Of a DNA stretch of 25,286 nt, positions 7,961 through 15,443 are shown in pieces. Source of the stretch: a virus (Duplodnaviria; Caudoviricetes); the IMG/VR virus record IMGVR_UViG_3300025018_001617, positions 1 to 25,286 of that record; one strand, given 5' to 3'. The notes under the pieces are model-generated. The model was not told where the DNA came from, did no database searches, and worked only from the letters and a program-made list of their open reading frames with translations. The position numbers and the translations under genes were made by a program. The stretch's first letter is position 1, and each line of letters opens with the position of its first letter.

Positions 7961-9543
7961 ATGGCATTCTCAAACCCAACAGACGCATACACAGCATCTG
8001 ATTTGGCGTCGATGATACCTAAATTCTTGGGCATCTAAAATTGATTCTGATTGACTTGGAACCCCACAGCTATACCGGATAGCTAGGGTAACAGGGCGGA
8101 AGCCCTTCTGTACTTTGACTGATTTGGACATATATTAAACACTGGAGTTATGGCTATAATGTCAAAACTTCAGGCGGCCTATCTCGCAGGTTTGATTGAT
8201 GGAGAGGGGTATATAGGTATTCTAAAGTGTAAGAAAGGAAACAAAAAAAGTTTCAGTTCTGTTAAGGATTATATCTATTGCCCCGTTCTTAAAATCGCCA
8301 TGACAGATAAACCCATAATTACTTGGCTTTATCAAAGTTATGGGGGAACCTTTGAAACTCGTAAGGCAAAAGGTAATGCAAATGAAAGTTATTGCTGGAC
8401 AATGAAAAACGCCAGAGTAATGGACTTCTTGCAAAAAACCTACCCCTACATGAGAGTTAAAAAGAATGAGGCTGAAATAATGTTTAAGTTCAAGAACTGC
8501 ACCAATGGTGCAGGACACCTCCTTGGCGAAGAAAACTGGACCAAGAGAGACGAACTGTATGACCAACTCCGTCAAATTCATAGAAGAGGTACCGTGAGAG
8601 ACTGAGTGAATCAACCTTTTTTAAGGAAGCGACAGTCCGACACTCTTAGTAATAAGAGATTACAGTATTGGAGATTTGGTCAGACATACTTCAGGAACCT
8701 AAGTTTCCTCCAGTAACCATTGCCAACTTCGTTCGCGACCTTTCACCTTATATGGTGGCAGGTGGTGACATCGTCCACGTTCCAGACATCTTCACTAACG
8801 TCTTCTCAGTAGGAACTCAAACTACTCAGGGAGCCGCAGTAGTTGATGAATCAGTAGCTTCTGTAGACGTAACCCTTACCGTTAATAACCACCGATACAT
8901 CGCTTGGATTATTGGCGACAAGGATATGAAGCAGTTGGCTTCAAAGTATCCTCTTAATGAGGCATACATAAGAGAGGCAAAGCGCCTTCTTATCAGGACC
9001 ATCGAAGATTCACTCTTCGCCCTATGGTCAAGCGTTACAACCAACACCGTTGGTGACACCGCTACCGTTCTTACCGACAAGGAGATTCGTGAGGCTATTG
9101 ACGCTCTCGACTCTACCGATTACGAGCTTTCAGACTGTGCGTGGTTCTTCCACCCAACAGTTTATTGGATGCAGATTTCCGGTATTCAGAAATACTACGA
9201 TGCTAATCAGCGTGGCGAAAAGTCCGTTCTTACATCTGGTGTTCTTGGACCTATCGAAAACAAGAGAGGACAAGAATTCAAGGGACATCTTTATGACATC
9301 CCTGTATTCACATCTTCTCGTGTTGTTTCTGGTCTTCAGACATACCGCAACCTCCTTCTTCACAAGGATGCGTTCGGTCTTGCTGTACAGACCCTATCAG
9401 GTGGAATGGCTCGTGCCCAAATGGAGTACAAGCTTGAAAACCTTGGAACACTCGCAGTTGTAGATACCATCTACGGAGTTGGAGTTCTTCGTGAACCAGC
9501 AGCCGTATTGGTAAACGCCAACACATCATCTGTGACTTCTTAA
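7961..9543 (+). CDS. Major capsid protein (HK97-fold, P22 coat-like), spliced: join(7961..8020,8671..9543), 310 aa
   Basis: Exon 1 MAFSNPTDAYTASDLASMIP joined in frame to exon 2 EIWSDILQEPK... recreates the IPEIWS motif typical of these capsid N-termini. Exon 2 also has GDIVHVP and DTIYGVGVLR motifs. Confidence 0.9.
8021..8670 (+). ncRNA. Group I self-splicing intron in the major capsid gene
   Basis: 5' exon ends in U8020, pairing with G8029 of the guide GGGCATC (P1). P3 TTGATTC(8041)/GAATCAA(8608); P6 GCGG/CCGT; P7 GACTG(8600)/CAGTC(8633); P8 hairpin; P9 CTCTTA-GTAA-TAAGAG; terminal G8670. Confidence 0.9.
8150..8605 (+). CDS. Intron-encoded LAGLIDADG homing endonuclease (single motif)
   Basis: YLAGLIDGEGYIGI motif; the ORF lies in the P6 loop and its last codons (GTVRD*) overlap P6/P7. 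Confidence 0.92.
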   Translation: MAIMSKLQAAYLAGLIDGEGYIGILKCKKGNKKSFSSVKDYIYCPVLKIAMTDKPIITWLYQSYGGTFETRKAKGNANESYCWTMKNARVMDFLQKTYPYMRVKKNEAEIMFKFKNCTNGAGHLLGEENWTKRDELYDQLRQIHRRGTVRD

Positions 9544-9571
9544 GTCAACAGCTTAGGGATTTATCCCCAAG

Positions 9572-9596
9572 AAGCAACCCGAAAGGGTTGTTTTTT
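9572..9596 (+). terminator. Rho-independent terminator after the major capsid gene
   Basis: AAGCAACCC-GAAA-GGGTTGTTTTTT: GC stem, GNRA loop and U-tract. Confidence 0.85.
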
Positions 9597-9621
9597 GTAT
9601 GTCAATGACTATACTTAAACC

Positions 9622-10155
9622 ATGGAAGAAAAAACTGATGATGGCGATTTGTTCTTTTTAGAACGGGGTGATGGCTTTGTCTTTGCCTGCTCTGAACGAG
9701 AGGCGTGGAATACGCTAAGAAGTTCTTCAAATTGGCAACGTAGAGACTTTAAGATAGTGGGGGTCTCTGACGGCAAGACTTATCAAGAAAAAATAAACCG
9801 TTCTAGGAGCAAAAAGATAGAAATAGAAAAACAACTCAAGGTCCTGCAAGAGAAACTAGACAGGTATATCTCAACAGAAGACAGCCTACTCTATGACGAC
9901 CTCCTAGAAGAAACCGACCCTAAGGTAAAAAGAGTAAGAGAACTCAGAGAAGTTGCTAAAAAGGAATTGGAGGGAGTACAAACACAACTACAAAACTTCT
10001 CTCAAAAACTGGTAACAGGGGCTTTTAATGAAGAGTTGGAGAAAGCCAAACTAACCCCAAGACAACCAAGAAACTTTGACATTGAAATTGGTTCTAGTAG
10101 TTCCTCTAAAAGAGAAGAGATATTAGCAATGATGGGCAAAAGAGTAAGAAAATGA
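9622..10155 (+). CDS. Hypothetical coiled-coil protein
   Basis: 177 aa, K/E-rich helical; preceded by a possible TTGTTT-N16-TATACT promoter (9588-9615). Confidence 0.7.
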   Translation: MEEKTDDGDLFFLERGDGFVFACSEREAWNTLRSSSNWQRRDFKIVGVSDGKTYQEKINRSRSKKIEIEKQLKVLQEKLDRYISTEDSLLYDDLLEETDPKVKRVRELREVAKKELEGVQTQLQNFSQKLVTGAFNEELEKAKLTPRQPRNFDIEIGSSSSSKREEILAMMGKRVRK

Positions 10156-10553
10156 ACAGTAAAGTATCAAAAGAATTAAGGCGAATGTCCGCCAGTATTC
10201 CAGAGGAAATCAGCACCAAGCTGATGACTCAACAGCTCTCCTTCCCCGCCACATTAGAGCTCTTAGACAAAGCCTTGGAAGACAAAGACATTACAGATAA
10301 GGCGAAAGAACGTGTTTTACTTATCAAACAGTCTAAAATGCTCGAGATGAAAGAGTGGGCTGTGGATAAAGAGGTGGAAAAGCTCTTGGATAGGTGGTGG
10401 GAAGACGAGATTAAAAAAGCCCAAAAGGAGGGTCGCCTTCCCAAGCCCACCAAAACAGAGGGCACATTAAAAGAATTAGTTAAAAAAGGTAAACAATATG
10501 CACGCAAAAATAAAAAAGGAACTCAAGGAGAAGACGGAGACAGAAATAGTTAA
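10152..10553 (+). CDS. Hypothetical protein
   Basis: 133 aa; ATGA coupling. Confidence 0.7.
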   Translation: MNSKVSKELRRMSASIPEEISTKLMTQQLSFPATLELLDKALEDKDITDKAKERVLLIKQSKMLEMKEWAVDKEVEKLLDRWWEDEIKKAQKEGRLPKPTKTEGTLKELVKKGKQYARKNKKGTQGEDGDRNS

Positions 10554-10692
10554 GCAGGAGATACTTAGAGATTTCTATCTTCACAGGGCAGAGTCTCAGT
10601 CTGAGGAAGATGCCGCCCAAACCAAACTAAAGGCTTCTAATCTCGAAGACACCATTAGCTTTAACAAGGAATTTCTAGCATTCATAAAATGA
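10498..10692 (+). CDS. Hypothetical protein
   Basis: 64 aa, co-oriented within the operon. Confidence 0.6.
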   Translation: MHAKIKKELKEKTETEIVKQEILRDFYLHRAESQSEEDAAQTKLKASNLEDTISFNKEFLAFIK

Positions 10693-10820
10693 TGAAAGAA
10701 CAACTAATTGCATTCTTGAAAAAGAAAACCACAACCTTTTCAGTAGAAGAGGTGAATCAAATCATTCAAATTGTTAGCACGTTGGAGGAGCCCAAAGAGA
10801 AGCCTAAAGAGGAAAAGTAA
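10689..10820 (+). CDS. Small hypothetical protein (43 aa, MMKEQLIAFLKKK...)
   Basis: Translated by hand; ATGA coupling upstream and TAATG coupling to the glycosyltransferase gene. Confidence 0.55.
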   Translation: MMKEQLIAFLKKKTTTFSVEEVNQIIQIVSTLEEPKEKPKEEK

Positions 10821-11683
10821 TGAAGGCGGTTGGGATGTCTATCGTTGGTCCTAATGAACCCTACCTCAAAGCAACACTTGAGGAGTTTAAGCGTTTGTGT
10901 GATGAAACAGTAATATGTTTCTGCAACGCCACTCAAAAGGAAAAAAACTTGGTTAAAGAGTACGGCTTTTATACATCTGAAGACAACAGAGAGTGGGGTA
11001 AACACCAGTGGGCTATCAAAGAAGACCTCTTGAAAGAACATATAATGCCCCTAGATCCAGACTGGGTCATTCCCTTAGACGCTGACGAGGTGTTCGATTC
11101 TCACTTCAATCGAGAAGAATTAGAAAAGCTCGCCAGTCGAGGTGGATTAGGTTATTACTTCTGGGTAGTCAATCTTTACGGAAAGGGTTATTCAAGAGAG
11201 TGGAGCAGGTGGAATGTGCGAATGTTCAAACCAGACCCCGAGTATGGACTGGAATGGGAACGAAAACCCGTTCACTGTGGTCTCGCCCCTAAAGCCTGCT
11301 ATATCTTTGGCAACTACGCCCCATTCATAGTCAAACACTACGGACTCAAGACTAAAAAAGCACGGGATGAAAGAGTTAAGAGATACAACAAATACGACCC
11401 CAAACAATCCCACCTTTCACCAGACTATTATCGATTCCTCTCTTCAGATGCTCCTATAACCCCATTCAATGAAGATGAGCTACACAACGAGGTCGCCAAT
11501 GATGTTAAAACTTACCACTTCAAAATGCCCCGAAAAATAGAAGACAGAAACAGAAAGTTTGTGTTTGTGAAAAACCCAGCAGGACAAGTGATTGACATTC
11601 CAGTTGAACACTTAAAAGAAACCCTCAAAAGAAACGGGTTTGAATTAGTAGACGGCACACCTGTATCACGCCATGAAAATTAG
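10820..11683 (+). CDS. Glycosyltransferase, GT-A fold (GT2-like)
   Basis: NEPYLKATLE N-terminal motif, DWVIPLDADE DxD motif, VKHYG. Confidence 0.85.
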   Translation: MKAVGMSIVGPNEPYLKATLEEFKRLCDETVICFCNATQKEKNLVKEYGFYTSEDNREWGKHQWAIKEDLLKEHIMPLDPDWVIPLDADEVFDSHFNREELEKLASRGGLGYYFWVVNLYGKGYSREWSRWNVRMFKPDPEYGLEWERKPVHCGLAPKACYIFGNYAPFIVKHYGLKTKKARDERVKRYNKYDPKQSHLSPDYYRFLSSDAPITPFNEDELHNEVANDVKTYHFKMPRKIEDRNRKFVFVKNPAGQVIDIPVEHLKETLKRNGFELVDGTPVSRHEN

Positions 11684-11972
11684 AAAGATAAGTAAGAATA
11701 AAGGAAAGGACTATCTCTACTGGAGAGAGGGTGGTGGCGAGACTGCTGAGATAGTAGACATCGCCGTTAAGTCTGAACGCAGGAAGGGTGTGGGTAGAGA
11801 GATGGTTGATGAAATGCTCACCAAAACCCAAGCCAGAAGAATCTACGCCATTACACGAGCCTCAAATGCAGTAGCCCAGATGTTTTACATGAAAACAGGT
11901 TTCACCAGTAACGTTCTATTACCAGATTTCTACCCAGACGAAGACGGGATAATGTATATCCGATGCGTATAA
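11673..11972 (+). CDS. GNAT-family N-acetyltransferase
   Basis: IAVKSERRKGVGREMV (acetyl-CoA motif A) and SNAVAQMFYMKTGF (motif B). Confidence 0.85.
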   Translation: MKIRKISKNKGKDYLYWREGGGETAEIVDIAVKSERRKGVGREMVDEMLTKTQARRIYAITRASNAVAQMFYMKTGFTSNVLLPDFYPDEDGIMYIRCV

Positions 11973-12748
11973 TCTACAACCAACCACATTCTGGGGAATC
12001 CGATGATACCGAAGGACACATTGAACGAGCCTTAAAAGAACTGGGACACGAGGTGGTGCGAGATGGTGAAGGGGATATTTATCTATTCCACAAACACTTC
12101 AATCCCCCCAAAGAGTTCACAGGAAAAATAGTATGTTGGTATTTTGATAAAATCTGGAATCAGAGAATAGCGTGGTTTCATAAAATATATCCCAAGGTGG
12201 ATTACTTCTTTATGACTGACGGAACGTGGGCGCGCAACTATAAAAAGTGCATTGTACTAAGACAGGGTATTGGCGACCCCACGCCAGGGGAATACGAAGA
12301 CCGAAACATAGACGTCGCCTTTGTTGGACTTCCTTACGGAGAACGCCAAGAACTAACCGATTTCTTAGAAAAGACTTACAAGAAACGATTTAAGATATAC
12401 AGCCACCAGTTTAACAGGAATCTAAATAACATCTGCACTTCAATACCAATATTTGTCGCACCGAAGTTTCCAAGTGATAACTCTTACTGGTCTAATCGTG
12501 TCTACTTACTTGTAGGTTCTGGTGCTTTTCTTGTCCACCCCTATTTGCAGGAATTGTACGAAGAATGGGGAGACAATCTGGTATACTACAAAACGTTGGA
12601 CGAGTTAAAAGAAAAAGTAGATTATTACTTAGCCAACCCCAAAGAAAGGGAGAGACAGCGAAAGAAGTCTTACAAGTATTGCGTTAAAAACTTCACCTAT
12701 AAAAAACGGGTGGAGAAACTCATAGAACATGTTAAAACCAGTAAATAA
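11963..12748 (+). CDS. Glycosyltransferase, GT-B fold (CgeB / Glyco_trans_1_2-like)
   Basis: DVAFVG, WSNRVYLLVGSGAFLV, ELKEKVDYYLANPKER...FTYKKRVEKL. Confidence 0.85.
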   Translation: MRIIYNQPHSGESDDTEGHIERALKELGHEVVRDGEGDIYLFHKHFNPPKEFTGKIVCWYFDKIWNQRIAWFHKIYPKVDYFFMTDGTWARNYKKCIVLRQGIGDPTPGEYEDRNIDVAFVGLPYGERQELTDFLEKTYKKRFKIYSHQFNRNLNNICTSIPIFVAPKFPSDNSYWSNRVYLLVGSGAFLVHPYLQELYEEWGDNLVYYKTLDELKEKVDYYLANPKERERQRKKSYKYCVKNFTYKKRVEKLIEHVKTSK

Positions 12749-13196
12749 AGAGGAATTTTGGAAGGAGAGGATAGAGTCTGCCAAGCAGGAGTGGCATTCT
12801 GTTTACATCACCCCTCAACACGACTGGAAAAGACTGAATCGTGACCACACCAAGATATTAGATGAACTTGTCTCAGGTAATGTGTTAGACGCTGGGTGTG
12901 GATATGGTAGGTGGTCTGAACACTTTGACCAATACACTGGTGTAGACTTCTCACCAGACTTCATTAAAAAAGCCAAAGAACTCTACCCCGATAAAACATT
13001 CATACAGGCAGACCTCAAAGAGCTTCCTTTCAAAGAGAATGAATTTGATTGGGCGTTTTGTGTGTCGATAAAACACATGATTGTCTCAAACCTCGGACAA
13101 GCTGAATGGGATAAAATGGAAAAAGAAATAAAAAGGGTCGCCAAGAAATTACTAATCCTAGAATACACAACCAGTTATGAATACGAAGTCCTCTAA
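12729..13196 (+). CDS. Class I SAM-dependent methyltransferase
   Basis: VLDAGCGYG motif I, YTGVDFS motif II, LPFKENEFD. Confidence 0.88.
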   Translation: MLKPVNKEEFWKERIESAKQEWHSVYITPQHDWKRLNRDHTKILDELVSGNVLDAGCGYGRWSEHFDQYTGVDFSPDFIKKAKELYPDKTFIQADLKELPFKENEFDWAFCVSIKHMIVSNLGQAEWDKMEKEIKRVAKKLLILEYTTSYEYEVL

Positions 13197-13629
13197 AGTC
13201 GGCGCTATCTTACTTGCCACGGAACAAGGGCTTGGGTATCTAGCCAGAGACTTTTACAGAAACGGTTTAATAGATTATATTTTAATTCATGAACACACAA
13301 CACGTCCAAATTTTCGGGACTGGTATCCCAGAGAGTCTATTGTTCATTCGACAGAAGAACTCCTCGCCAAAAGCGATGTCATCTTCGGTATCGAAACATT
13401 CTTCCACTGGAACATCGTCCCGCAGGCGAGGGAACAAGGTAAAAAGACAGTAATGATGCCAATGTATGAGGTGTCTAATCACCCATTTCCATACATGCCG
13501 GACATGGTTTTGTGTCCGAGTGCGTTGGACTTTGAGTTTTATTCTCAGTTCTACAAAGGGCATGATATCGAGTATGGGACGCACTGTCAGGAAAAACCAT
13601 CAGATTCTCAAGCCGATTGTCAGACTTAA
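13177..13629 (+). CDS. GT-B (GT4-like) glycosyltransferase, N-terminal half; split by an HNH insertion at about 13558
   Basis: QGLGYLARDF...MPMYE...DMVLCPSALD fits an N-terminal Rossmann domain. Residues after FYKG are read from the antisense of the HNH gene. Confidence 0.7.
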   Translation: MNTKSSKVGAILLATEQGLGYLARDFYRNGLIDYILIHEHTTRPNFRDWYPRESIVHSTEELLAKSDVIFGIETFFHWNIVPQAREQGKKTVMMPMYEVSNHPFPYMPDMVLCPSALDFEFYSQFYKGHDIEYGTHCQEKPSDSQADCQT

Positions 13630-13936
13630 TCTCATTTATATGATGTATACATTCCTTTTTCGTCAGATGTCTACCAAGGTGCTCTTCCATTATCAGTCGG
13701 TGTTCTTGGACACGCTTTCCTTTATTGCAAAACGGATGGTTGGGCTTAAAAACAAGCCAATAGCCCGCCCGGAGTATTCTCCCTTTAAATCGAGGGTTGT
13801 TCTCACCCGAATTGCGGTTATGACCTTTTTTAAAACCGAGCTTGTTTCCATTTTTGAATCCGTGCCCCTGATATACCCCCTTGGGGAAAGAGTTAACCGG
13901 AATATTTCCTTTTTTGAATGGCATACACATAATCAT
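13475..13936 (-). CDS. HNH homing endonuclease (HNH_3-like), antisense within the split glycosyltransferase
   Basis: FKKG repeats, GENNPRFKG, VQEHRLIMEEHLGRHL, IHHINEIKSDNRLENL...SHTRYH. Confidence 0.88.
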   Translation of the reverse strand: MIMCMPFKKGNIPVNSFPKGVYQGHGFKNGNKLGFKKGHNRNSGENNPRFKGRILRAGYWLVFKPNHPFCNKGKRVQEHRLIMEEHLGRHLTKKECIHHINEIKSDNRLENLMVFPDSASHTRYHALCRTENKTQSPTHSDTKPCPACMEMGD

Positions 13937-13944
13937 ACATTGGC

Positions 13945-14535
13945 ATGAAAATAATACAAGTAACAGTGCCTGTGGATATCACCAAACTTAATCCCCGTAT
14001 CAGGAAGAGGGCGGAAATATATGTCCACAACGCGGGGAACGGAGGGTTAGGAGGTAGGAATGGCACCAAAGAGCTCCTTGAGGCTCTACAGTACGTCAAG
14101 AGCCCTATTAAACTCATCTTGCGTAGTCAGGTGCCACTCAAGGTTCCAAACGACCCTAGGATTGATTACAGACAAGGAACGTTTGACAACATCTGGGACG
14201 AGGGTGATGTCTTTGTTTTTCCTGAAAAGTTCAATGGGCTTTCTCTCCCCATCCAAGAAGCCTTCGCCAGTGGAATGGTGGTGATGAGCACTGACAGATA
14301 CCCATTTAATACATGGTTACCCAAGGAGCCCCTTATACCTGTGGATAACTATAAGAAAGAAAAGATAGCTTGCGAGTTCGATAGTGCGGTGTTATCCCCA
14401 AAAACCATTGCAAATACTATAGATTCTTTTTATGGTCGTGATATAGTTGAGTTATCTACAAGGGGGATAACCTGGGGACAAGAAAATTCATGGCAAAATC
14501 TGAAAGAAAAATACAAAACTCTAATGTCTGCGTAA
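13945..14535 (+). CDS. GT-B (GT4-like) glycosyltransferase, C-terminal nucleotide-sugar-binding half
   Basis: HNAG...RNGT and DVFVFPEKFNGLSLPIQEAFASGMVVMSTD, a variant of the GT4 EX7E region. Confidence 0.8.
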   Translation: MKIIQVTVPVDITKLNPRIRKRAEIYVHNAGNGGLGGRNGTKELLEALQYVKSPIKLILRSQVPLKVPNDPRIDYRQGTFDNIWDEGDVFVFPEKFNGLSLPIQEAFASGMVVMSTDRYPFNTWLPKEPLIPVDNYKKEKIACEFDSAVLSPKTIANTIDSFYGRDIVELSTRGITWGQENSWQNLKEKYKTLMSA

Positions 14536-15443
14536 TCGGGGGACTGGGATTCTTGGGTTCACATTTAGTAGACCACCTTATTGATGACAGGGACTGTAAT
14601 GTTCTAGTGCTAGACAACCTCATCACCGGCTTGAAAAAATTCAAACATCCAAAGGCTAAGTTTGTGTGGTGCGACATCACCCACTCAGAAGATGAATTGT
14701 ACAGAATCTTCCTCGATAACAATATTGAATATGTGATGAATTACGCTGCGGAGCCATATATACCAGTGTCATTTGAGCGACCAAAGCACGTTGTGGATAT
14801 AAACTTCAACGGGGCTTTCAATGTTTTACAGGCGGGACACAGAGCTGGAGTAAAGGGTATCTTACAGGTATCAAGTGCTGAGATTTATGGTGACGCACCA
14901 CCACATAAAATAGATGAGAACTATAAAGCAGACCCACACTCCACTTACGGGGTTACTAAGTTGGCAATAGACCATATGGTGCAGGTTCGTTGGCGAGAAG
15001 CCAAAACACCAGCAATAGCGATGAGGCAGTTTAACTGCGTGGGTGAAAGGGAGACACATGAATACGTCATTCCTGTGATAATCGAACAGGTGCACAAGAG
15101 TCCACACATCAAATTAGGCAACAACACTTTCAGAGACTTCCAATATGCGGGTGACGCTGTGAGAATGGCCACTGAACTCCTAGAGAAAGGACATTTTGGC
15201 GAGGTGTATAACATGGGCTCTGAGTCTGGAGTTAAGATGTACGACCTAGCCAAAATGTTGGGTGCTGAAACTGTCACCCCCGATCCGACCAGATTTCGCC
15301 CATGGGATATAAACCACCTGCAATCTGACAACACTAAACTCTACTCAGTAATAGAAACCCGCCCACAAATCTCGCTAGAAGAGGCATTAAAAAGAACAGT
15401 TAAATACTTTAAGTATAACGGTAACAAGTGGGATTATGAGTAG
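14490..15443 (+). CDS. NAD-dependent NDP-sugar epimerase/dehydratase (extended SDR; GDP-mannose 4,6-dehydratase-like)
   Basis: GGLGFLG, AAEPYIPVSFERP, SSAEIYG, YGVTK (YxxxK), FNCVG, RDF. Confidence 0.9.
   Translation: MAKSERKIQNSNVCVIGGLGFLGSHLVDHLIDDRDCNVLVLDNLITGLKKFKHPKAKFVWCDITHSEDELYRIFLDNNIEYVMNYAAEPYIPVSFERPKHVVDINFNGAFNVLQAGHRAGVKGILQVSSAEIYGDAPPHKIDENYKADPHSTYGVTKLAIDHMVQVRWREAKTPAIAMRQFNCVGERETHEYVIPVIIEQVHKSPHIKLGNNTFRDFQYAGDAVRMATELLEKGHFGEVYNMGSESGVKMYDLAKMLGAETVTPDPTRFRPWDINHLQSDNTKLYSVIETRPQISLEEALKRTVKYFKYNGNKWDYE

Noticed and set aside
8668-8670. TTG start for the major capsid protein (ORF track)
   Set aside because: These are the last intron bases; splicing to the 7961-8020 exon restores the IPEIWS motif.
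13558-13941. Group I intron or T4 gene 60-type translational bypass explaining the GT insertion
   Set aside because: No P3/P7 core is visible and the insert is nearly all antisense HNH coding sequence. There is no stop codon directly after a take-off codon, and the same frame has several stops, which excludes an intein.
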